A stretch of DNA of 52,171 nt. Origin: an uncultured Oligoflexus sp. GTDB lineage: Bacteria; Bdellovibrionota_B; Oligoflexia; Oligoflexales; Oligoflexaceae. Under the pieces are notes generated by a model. That model was not told where the DNA came from. It did no database searches and worked only from the letters and a program-made list of their open reading frames with translations. The DNA lies in the NCBI GenBank assembly GCA_964236955.1, contig CAXSGP010000022.1, positions 1 through 52,171 on the forward strand, read 5' to 3'. How positions within the stretch are numbered: the stretch's first letter is position 1; every line of letters begins with the position of its first letter. This document shows, piece after piece, positions 26,869 to 35,200 of the stretch. Both the position numbers and the translations under genes were made by a program.

Positions 26869-28215
26869 TTACCCAACCTTAACCGGTTCGCCATATTTCA
26901 TTTCGATTTGTATACCGATGCTCTTTAAGAAGGCAAAGGGCAGGATCGCACCGGCAAAGACAAAGATAAAATCATTTTGCAGACGTTCCGATTTGCCGGC
27001 TTTTTTGATCATGATATAGTCTTTTTCGATTTGTTCGATCGTGGTATTGTACCAGATCTGAACCTGGCCTTTTTTCTCATAATCTCGGATGATGTCCTGG
27101 TTTTCCTGATTGCAACGGTCAAAACCGTCACCCCGGACCAAGAGAAATACTTTGTTTTTAAGGCTTGCCTTGCAAAGGTATTGAGCGGCTTCAACCCCTG
27201 CGTTGCCACCGCCGACCACCGCAATAAACTTGCTTTGGTATTCCTCGGGATCAAGAAGGTTATAGGTTACCTTGGTCCATTCCTCATTCGCCAGGCCGAG
27301 TTTACGAGGGGAGCCCCGCACTCCCATACCGAGTATAACCTTTTGGGTGGTCATGATGCCCTTAGAGGTTTCAACCTCGAAGATCTCGCCTTTCTTCTTA
27401 AGATTAATGAACCGGCATTCTTCTCTAATGTTGAGGCTCGCCTGCTTGCGCACATGATTCCAGAGCGAGAGGAGTTCTTCCTTGGAGACTTTATGCTTAT
27501 TGAATTTGAATTGACCGACCATCGGCAGGTCAAGAGGCTGCGACATCACTACTTTTTGCTTGGGGAAATTGTAAATGGTCCCGCCGAATTTATTCTGCTC
27601 GATAACGATATATTTCTTTTTATCAGCTGCACAAGCGAGTCCGGCGGACAATCCAGCGGGACCCGCACCCACGACGATCACGTCGAAGTCGGTACTCATT
27701 CCCGGTCTCACATTCTTAACGGCATGCTCCGCACCAAGCTTGCCTTGTTTGACAGCATTTCGAATCAGACCCATGCCACCCAATTCACCCGTGATATAAA
27801 GCCCAGGGACGTTGGTTTGAAAATTACCGTCAATTTTAGGCAATTCCATGCCGCGCGTTTTCGTACCGAAGACGAGTTGGATAGCATCGAAGGGGCACGC
27901 GGACTGACACTGGCCGTGGCCCACGCAGGCTGCGGGTTCGATAAGATGGGCGCGGTGGTTCAGGAGCTTGATGATTTCACCTTCAGGGCAGGCGGCGACG
28001 CAGGCGCCGCATCCTCCACAGAGACTGGGATCAATCTCCGGATGAAGGCTAATAGGTTCGTTCATTTTTTTGGCAACGGCATCGTCCCATTGCTTTTTCG
28101 CTTCGACCGTATGAGTCGTGCGCTTGCGTGACCCCCACATTCCCAGGCCGACGAGAAAGAGTATTCCAAGAAGCCAGGTATATTGAGTGACGAGGTAATA
28201 CAGCTTGTGCCACAT
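26869..28215 (-). CDS. Membrane-anchored ferredoxin / NAD(P)H-FAD oxidoreductase (thioredoxin-reductase-like)
   Basis: N-terminal TM helix; CGGCGACVAACP and CVGHGQCQSACP Fe-S motifs; VGAGPAG (FAD) and VGGGNAG (NAD(P)H). Start moved to ATG 28215. Confidence 0.88.
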   Translation of the reverse strand: MWHKLYYLVTQYTWLLGILFLVGLGMWGSRKRTTHTVEAKKQWDDAVAKKMNEPISLHPEIDPSLCGGCGACVAACPEGEIIKLLNHRAHLIEPAACVGHGQCQSACPFDAIQLVFGTKTRGMELPKIDGNFQTNVPGLYITGELGGMGLIRNAVKQGKLGAEHAVKNVRPGMSTDFDVIVVGAGPAGLSAGLACAADKKKYIVIEQNKFGGTIYNFPKQKVVMSQPLDLPMVGQFKFNKHKVSKEELLSLWNHVRKQASLNIREECRFINLKKKGEIFEVETSKGIMTTQKVILGMGVRGSPRKLGLANEEWTKVTYNLLDPEEYQSKFIAVVGGGNAGVEAAQYLCKASLKNKVFLLVRGDGFDRCNQENQDIIRDYEKKGQVQIWYNTTIEQIEKDYIMIKKAGKSERLQNDFIFVFAGAILPFAFLKSIGIQIEMKYGEPVKVG

Positions 28216-28250
28216 GTTCCATATTCCGAAAAGTGTTGCCCTACGCTTCC

Positions 28251-28277
28251 TTATCGACAAAGTAGGGAATAAATTGA
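28251..28277 (-). promoter_or_regulatory. Putative sigma-28 (FliA) promoter
   Basis: Minus strand TCAA-N15-GTCGATAA, ~35 bp upstream of ATG 28215. Confidence 0.55.
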
Positions 28278-28371
28278 GGAGGTTCGCCCGATGGCCCTGA
28301 CCTCCCCCCGGAAAAGAGCACCGGATCTTACTTAATGCATTATTAATTTATTGTATTTTTACCTGTAAGAT

Positions 28372-29229
28372 TTAGACCTTGAATATCAGGGATGAAACGA
28401 TATGGATTGCGGCCACGATATACATCCAAATTGCAAAAGGCGAATGAAAAGCTCGCCAATATCCAAAGAGGAGCTGGTAATAGTGCATGGATATAAGGCG
28501 CCGCCGGAGAAGGGCCCAGTTCTTTAGTTCCCGTCTCAAGCCGGTCGAGCCGCCCTGAAAAGGTAATTTAGGGAGAAACAAAAACATCTGAATCTCACCC
28601 CAGGTCGAGCGGCCAAGAAAGTTTAACAGGGAGCCGCCTTTCAGGTCATCACCGTGCAACCCACCGGCCATCTGAAAAGCACCAGCCTTCGCGGCTAGCA
28701 TCGCCTGAGGGTGGATCCGACCTTTGTTAATTTTTTCAAAATCAGCAAATCTGACTTCAAGGTCGTCAATATTTTTCTTAAGAACGACTTTGCCTTGAAG
28801 GAGTTGCATATAGAGGTAGCGACCGACAATACCTGAGAGGAAGGAGACCATCATACTCCAGAATGAAATTGCCACCAGCCCTCCGACTTTAAAGTTACAG
28901 TGGAAGACAATCAGAGTGGGCCCTAACAAACCAAAGAAAATATGCCAGTCCATCCAGACTTGCAACTTGCCAAGTTTCTGGAGGGAAAGTGAGCGTTTCC
29001 GAATTATGTAAAGATTGGTCGCTGCCATGACACAGAATCCTAACCAACCCAGCGCGTAACTCAATGGTTTTCCTGCTTGGGGCGATAATTTTTTGCAAGC
29101 CTCCAAATGCCCGCAAAGCATCGAACTCAATACGCTTGGGGTCGATATTTTTTTGTTCAGAACGGTATATTCATAGGACATAAAGGCGACAATTACTAAC
29201 CATAGGATCGTTAATCGACGAAGGTTCAT
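28372..29229 (-). CDS. Polytopic membrane protein with four TM histidines (cytochrome b / ferric-reductase-like)
   Basis: WMDWHIFFGLLGP..VFH, SGIVGRYLY and WRAFHSPF...AAIHI motifs across several TM helices. Confidence 0.75.
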   Translation of the reverse strand: MNLRRLTILWLVIVAFMSYEYTVLNKKISTPSVLSSMLCGHLEACKKLSPQAGKPLSYALGWLGFCVMAATNLYIIRKRSLSLQKLGKLQVWMDWHIFFGLLGPTLIVFHCNFKVGGLVAISFWSMMVSFLSGIVGRYLYMQLLQGKVVLKKNIDDLEVRFADFEKINKGRIHPQAMLAAKAGAFQMAGGLHGDDLKGGSLLNFLGRSTWGEIQMFLFLPKLPFQGGSTGLRRELKNWALLRRRLISMHYYQLLFGYWRAFHSPFAIWMYIVAAIHIVSSLIFKV

Positions 29230-29293
29230 TATGGGCTCGATATGTAATCTATAATAGGATTCTTTTCTTGGAATTTTACCACGAATGGAGTCT

Positions 29294-29320
29294 TCAATAA
29301 AGACTCTGACCTGCCGATAA
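29294..29320 (+). promoter_or_regulatory. Putative sigma-28 (FliA) promoter
   Basis: TCAA-N15-GCCGATAA with a perfect -10 element, 33 bp upstream of ATG 29354. Confidence 0.65.
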
Positions 29321-29353
29321 GAGGAGATGCTGTTAGGGAAGGAATAAAAGATT

Positions 29354-29767
29354 ATGAAAACCTACGCGATTGTTCTCTTTCTCCTGGGGGCCTGCTCGCA
29401 TGCAAATCCTGCGATCCAAAATCATTCACAAGGGGATGCCCAACAATTAAGCAATACCCAGGGCGTAAGTCATGGGCAGGATCATTACAATGACAACAAT
29501 GAATCATCTATGAGCAATACTCAGGATTGCCTGCCGAACTCGGACATCGAGAGTAATCCCAAAAAGCAAAAAAGTTTTGCTCTAGTGAGAACGCGCTGCA
29601 AAAGTGAAATAGAGAAACTCTGCCAAGGGATCGAATGCCCGCAGCTTATGAAACCAACGCAGGTGTGCCTGATGATGAATGATGGTGACATCAGTAAGGA
29701 GTGCAAAAGGGAAATCAATCGGCATATCAAGGAATACCAACCCTCAGTGAAAGCTCTTGACGAATGA
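29354..29767 (+). CDS. Small Cys-rich lipoprotein
   Basis: Lipobox LGA-C; C..EI..LC...CL......IS..C pattern resembling the Cys_rich_FGFR-type repeat. Confidence 0.7.
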   Translation: MKTYAIVLFLLGACSHANPAIQNHSQGDAQQLSNTQGVSHGQDHYNDNNESSMSNTQDCLPNSDIESNPKKQKSFALVRTRCKSEIEKLCQGIECPQLMKPTQVCLMMNDGDISKECKREINRHIKEYQPSVKALDE

Positions 29768-29925
29768 AGCCTTCGCCCCCTTTTTTGCAGAAGTTCCAGG
29801 ACCGAGCACCCGGTAATTCAAGCACCCCACCAGGCTAGCGCCCCCAAATCTCTAGACTTTATCAGGAAGGTCTGTGTATTCTCGCTCCTTATACTTTCTG
29901 ACAATCGTACGCGGGAGGATAAACT

Positions 29926-30588
29926 GTGACCGAATTAAGTTCATTGATCGAACAGTTTAAGCATTTTTTCAAACCTCATCCTTGGCATGGAATAGCGGTA
30001 TGGGCCAAAGCCCCCTATTTAAATGTCTTCATCGAGATCGTGCCAACTGACACGGTAAAATATGAACTCGACAAGGAGAGCGGCTATTTAAGTATTGATC
30101 GCCCGCAAAAGTTTTCGAACATAGTGCCCGCCCTTTATGGTTTCGTGCCGCAGACCTACTGTGGGACGACCACAGCCCAATTTGCATCTAAGGAGTCAGG
30201 TCTGGCTCAGCTTGAGGGTGATGGTGACCCGCTTGATATCTGCGTTCTGACGGAAAGAACCATTTCGCACGGTGATATCCTCCTTCAGGCCAAGCCTATT
30301 GGCGGACTACGCATGATTGATCAAGGGGAAGTGGATGATAAAATCATAGCTGTTTTGAAAGACGATTCGATCTTTGGAGACCTGGACGACATCAGTCAAT
30401 GTCCGCCAAAGGTACTGAACAGGCTTAAGCACTACTTTTTAACCTACAAAGATATCCCTGGCTCAGGCGATGAACGCAAAATCACGATCGAGGCGGTCTA
30501 CGGTGCCAAAGATGCACTTAAAGTGATTGAGCTATCGACAAATGATTATCGAAAGAAATTCCCCCAGTCGTTCCCTAACGCCAAGTGA
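29926..30588 (+). CDS. ppa: Inorganic pyrophosphatase, family I
   Basis: HPWHG, VKYELDK, YGFVPQT, GDGDPLDICVL, D.GEVDDKIIAV; GGGAGG RBS before GTG. Confidence 0.95.
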   Translation: MTELSSLIEQFKHFFKPHPWHGIAVWAKAPYLNVFIEIVPTDTVKYELDKESGYLSIDRPQKFSNIVPALYGFVPQTYCGTTTAQFASKESGLAQLEGDGDPLDICVLTERTISHGDILLQAKPIGGLRMIDQGEVDDKIIAVLKDDSIFGDLDDISQCPPKVLNRLKHYFLTYKDIPGSGDERKITIEAVYGAKDALKVIELSTNDYRKKFPQSFPNAK

Positions 30589-30978
30589 AGACCGAGAGGC
30601 GGTGGATTGGTTTGGAATGCGCAGCTTGGCTTTTTTAGGTCTAGGCTCGTCGATTGGGGCCGTACAGCCCCCCCTGCGGGGTTCCCATATCCGTGGTTTG
30701 AGCTTATCTGTCAGCCGTCACCTCAGCTTTGAAGTAGCGAAGAATAAAGTTGAAGAAAGATTATATAACCTTTTTTTCGAAATATTTGTGCCCTTAGAAC
30801 TGCTCTAAGTCGAAAGCCACAGCCCAACGGTGCCCTTTCTTTACAAAATCCTGTCAACTGTAGATTGCTTGGTGCGCACGGCGTTTCATTCGGAATCCGT
30901 GACTTGAGTCAGAGAATGAGGTTTTGAAGGCGTAGAGAACTTTCACCTAAAAGCTGCCGCGCCCTGCCGGACGCACAC

Positions 30979-31010
30979 AAAAAAGACCCCCGTTCCGATG
31001 GAACTGGGGC
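30979..31010 (-). terminator. Rho-independent terminator
   Basis: Minus strand GCCCCAGTTCC-ATC-GGAACGGGGGT then CTTTTTT, just after the stop at 31048. Confidence 0.7.
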
Positions 31011-31047
31011 CTCGCTTACCAATAATATACCTGGCGACCTAACGGAC

Positions 31048-32175
31048 TCAGGGAGTCGGAGTTGGCGCCGGAACAGGAGTTGGATCAGGAAGTGGCACAG
31101 GGGCAGGAACCGGCTCCGGCATAGGAGAAGCCGGCACTGGAACGGTCGGAGTCTCATTCGTTACAGGTCCTGTAGAACCCGCCCCAGCCGCTGGAGGCGC
31201 CGTGGGTTGGGCAGCAGGTGCTGGCTCCCCTGCAGGCGGTCTTGGTGGTTGAGCCAGTATTTGAGAAATAGTGGCAACATTCAATCCAAGGTCCATAAAA
31301 TTGATGGCAATATTAAGGTAGTCCACCCGTTGGTTTATGGTGCCGATCATCTCCTGCTGAACGGTCAAACTTGATTTCAAAATACGAAGATTATTTTTAT
31401 CGACGCTAGTCAACGCACTTGGGTCTTTAGCTTCTATTTCAGCAATCGACAGAGTTATGTATTCCAATCGTTCGCTGGCATCGGCAAGGTTGTCATTTTT
31501 CTCAGAAACGGCATAACCTCCCGCAACATTTATTATCACTGGTACGAGTCCCGGATTAGCAGCATATTTTGGCCAATTCTTTGTACCAAAAGTCACACGT
31601 TGACCGGCAAGAGTAAACGTGAAGGGCAGACCAAGCATTTCCAGCTGACTAAAAATATTTCCAGTGGTCGACGAAAGCACCTGAAAACAAGCCTGATTGG
31701 CAGCTGGCGTCAAGTTAATCGCATCAAATGCCGCCTGATCACCTTTAACCAATGCCTCAAGACCTACAAAACTCTTCTTACAGATCGAATCGATCGCCGG
31801 TACCCCTGTTGTGATCGCACCATGGCCATCACCTTCTCCACTTGTAGCGGGAGGAGACGCAGGAGTCTCAACAGCCGGCACATTCGCGAGTGGCGGCTCG
31901 GCAGCTATTGGGGCGGGTGCAGGGGTCGCAGGCGCTGAAGAGGGGGCGGGTGATCCGGGAGGTGCTACAACCGGAGGCACCGGTGGGGTAACTTCATCCG
32001 CTACCACTTCGGGTCTGGCATTGGCAATATTTGCTTGAATATTGGTCGCGACCGTATGGTTTGCTTGAATCTTTTCAACAGCCTTATCGCGATCTGTCTT
32101 GGTTTGACGAGTTGTTCCGCAGGCGGTGCTCAAGGTGAGCAGCAGGACTGGGACGTAAAGCCTATGTGATTTCAT
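31048..32175 (-). CDS. Proline-rich lipoprotein of unknown function
   Basis: Start at ATG 32175 (GAGAG upstream); lipobox STA-C; Pro/Ala-rich segments flanking a globular core. Confidence 0.75.
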   Translation of the reverse strand: MKSHRLYVPVLLLTLSTACGTTRQTKTDRDKAVEKIQANHTVATNIQANIANARPEVVADEVTPPVPPVVAPPGSPAPSSAPATPAPAPIAAEPPLANVPAVETPASPPATSGEGDGHGAITTGVPAIDSICKKSFVGLEALVKGDQAAFDAINLTPAANQACFQVLSSTTGNIFSQLEMLGLPFTFTLAGQRVTFGTKNWPKYAANPGLVPVIINVAGGYAVSEKNDNLADASERLEYITLSIAEIEAKDPSALTSVDKNNLRILKSSLTVQQEMIGTINQRVDYLNIAINFMDLGLNVATISQILAQPPRPPAGEPAPAAQPTAPPAAGAGSTGPVTNETPTVPVPASPMPEPVPAPVPLPDPTPVPAPTPTP

Positions 32176-32246
32176 AGTATCTCTCATTTTCATGCTTTGG
32201 ATTAACGAAACGGAGGGCATCTTTGCCCTCCAGACTCTAAATCATT

Positions 32247-35200
32247 CTAGCGAGTAAAGATCAGATTGCGAAGAAGTTCGAGTTTGTCGTTGAGCAGCGT
32301 CACATAAGGCTCATCCTGCTTTAACTTTTCGAATTCTTCGACGCGCGCCGCAGCAACCAAACTTGCGAGATCAGAGTTGCCGTTTGGCTCACTCGCATAT
32401 TTTGCAGCTGCATTCTTAGCGACATTATTTTCAAGGGACGACAAATGATCGTACGAATAATCCAAACCAACGAAGCTGCTTCCGATTGTTTCGTTGGCCT
32501 TGAAAATCGCAGTTAAAGTTGCTTCGGGATCTTCTTTAGGACTAGGAGCCTTAGGCAATCCCACTTCATTTAAGATTTCCTCCAGCGTCTGCGAGTTCGT
32601 GAACTTTTTATCGGTTTTAATGTAATCGATATAGGAACGGGCTTGACCAAGGAACTGAGCCTCAAACTTCGTTAGCTCCTCTGCGGCACCGACGCGAGGC
32701 GCTTCGCAGTAAGTCGGAACCGAGAAAGGGGCATCGGGCAAAGACTGGTTGTTCAGTGAAGAGTAGTACGATTTATTCAGCTGATACTCTTTAACAAGAG
32801 TGTTCAACACACAAATCCGAACCTGATACATCACATCGTTTAAGCTGTGGTAGTGATCCGACATCTTAACGGGGGCCAAAAGATATCCAGAAAGAAGATT
32901 ATAAACTTTCTTATCGAAAGCTTTCAGTTCGATCGGTAGACGTTCCTGCGTTGCTGTCATAGTTTTTTTCTGAACGATCGCTTTCAATGTATTATCAGTC
33001 GCGTTGAACGCCCTGATCAATTCAACCGCCTCCGCTCCATTTGTAAAGTAAGCGGTGCCGTTTGAACTTACCAGATATTCAGCATAGCGAGACGGTCCAC
33101 CGAATCCAATAAAGTTATCAATGGGCAGCGAAGAAATTAAAGTCGACTTCGTTTTAGTGTCGTTAACTCCCCGCGGAGAATTGATACCAACACGGTAAGC
33201 GGTCCAGGCGTTTTGCAGCATTGCTTTTTCTTCCTGGAAGAAAGGCAATGAGCGGTTGAGAGAAGTCTGAGAAACCGTTACCGATTTATTCTCAAGCTTC
33301 CTCAACTTTTTATCGGCATAGGATGCGAGCGTCGCAACACTGACACCATTAACGAGGCGATCTTTTAATTTTTTGATGTAACGGGTGCGGAAAGACTCGC
33401 CATCGAAAAGACTTGGAAAAAAATTCTCATTTGCGGCAACTTCCATACCAGCACTAATAGTAAAGGCATCATTTGTATAGTTACCCAAAACAAACTCACC
33501 GAAGTCAGTCCGAGCGGCCAGATAACCTAAGGCTATCGTACGAATGCCAGACATGCCGGTTCGAACGTTGTTACGGATTGCCAAAACTTCCGGGTTCGCT
33601 GAGAAAGGAATACTGTTAAAGGGATTACCAACAGTAACAACTTTATCTACGGACGTGCTTCCGACCGAGGCCTGTGCAACCTTCTTATTAAAATATTGAC
33701 CCATTTCTTCACATTGGGCCGTATCGATACGATTGAGGTAAAAGTTTTTGGAACGGACAGTCGCCAAAGGCTCGGCATCGAGATATTCATACCCGTTGCC
33801 TGTATTGTGGAGGGCCACACAATAATTTGAATCGCTAAAGACCAATTCCAGCATGAAATCTTTAATTATCTCGGATGCCACCTTATATTGAGCCAAATCC
33901 CTTACTGATTCCGGGAGTTGAGCCAATTTCTTTTCGAGTTCATCGGCCGGCATCGTCGGATTGGTTCTTAGTTCAGCGACGATCGCGTTGGCTTGATCAA
34001 AAGCATCCTGATGCAAAACATTGATTTCCATTTGCTGCTCGGAAATCGTATCGAAATAAGGATCATCGAGAAGTTGAACGACCGCCTCATCGCCTTTTTT
34101 CGACTTGGAAGCGAGGTAAAGTTGGAAGCGGTACATATCATATATATTGCGGATGGCACCTAAGGAGCGTTGGATGGCCCGACTCGCCAGGCCACCGGTG
34201 GACGCAACATTTTCCATATCGAAACGATTGCCGCTGGTGATAATGCTCGTAACAAGGTTGTCGATAGAGGAACGAACTTTTGTAACTGGATCAGCGCCCT
34301 GGTCCCAGCGTTCACAAAATGGAGTCGCTTTGCCAATTTGTGCCGTTCCACCTGCGATATCACCATCAGTACAGTAGGCGTATTTCCGAGGTGATACTTT
34401 GTTGCCCAATTCAGACTCTGCAACTCTTTGCTCAAGAGGACGGAGGTCGCCTTTCTTTTTAGCAGAGATGTCAACCATTGAGTGCTCACCGGTTGAGTTG
34501 TCTACAACTTCTACCGCATCATAGTAGCCATAACGAATCGCAGCGATATCGTAAGGTGCCGGGCGATTGCCGCGGTCGGCATCACCGTGCGAGTAGTCCA
34601 TGACTGAGGCCATTCGCGATTCAGGAACGCCATTTGCGTCACGAGCAAAGTTATCCTTGTCGGCTGAACCTTGAAAGTTATGACGAAGACCAAAGTTGTG
34701 ACCAAATTCATGGGCGAGCGTCGCGATCAGCGTGGGCTTCATAAGCTTCTGAGCACAGTTCAAAAGAACTTCTCTCTCTGAATCCAAACGATAGATTTTT
34801 TCGCCCGAAGCCACGCGGTCTTGGAGATCTTTCACGTAGTCTGCAAATTCTGTACCCGTCCTACCGCAGACATCTTCGATTTCCTTGAAAGTCAAAGAAG
34901 TGGCTGCGAGCATTTCACAGGTCTGTCCCGTTTTTGCATCAGCATCACGAGCACTTTTCATGGACTTCATGAATTCGTCTTCGGTAGACGCGCCTGAGTC
35001 CAGGCGCTTGCGGGCCGTAATGTAATTCTTAATCATGGAGTTATTATGCGAGATAACGCTTAGATCATCGAACGGCTTTTGCTTTTTAGTCGCCGCAGTC
35101 ATCTGTTGGGTGCGTTCGGCAAGACTTGTCTTACCAAGCTTACTGAAATCGATAACCGGCACATCTTCCGAAGCTAAGCCTGGTAGAGCTGAGAACATTT

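Noticed and set aside
26977..28131. 384-aa plus-strand ORF
   Set aside because: Antisense shadow of the well-supported Fe-S flavoprotein; no motifs of its own.
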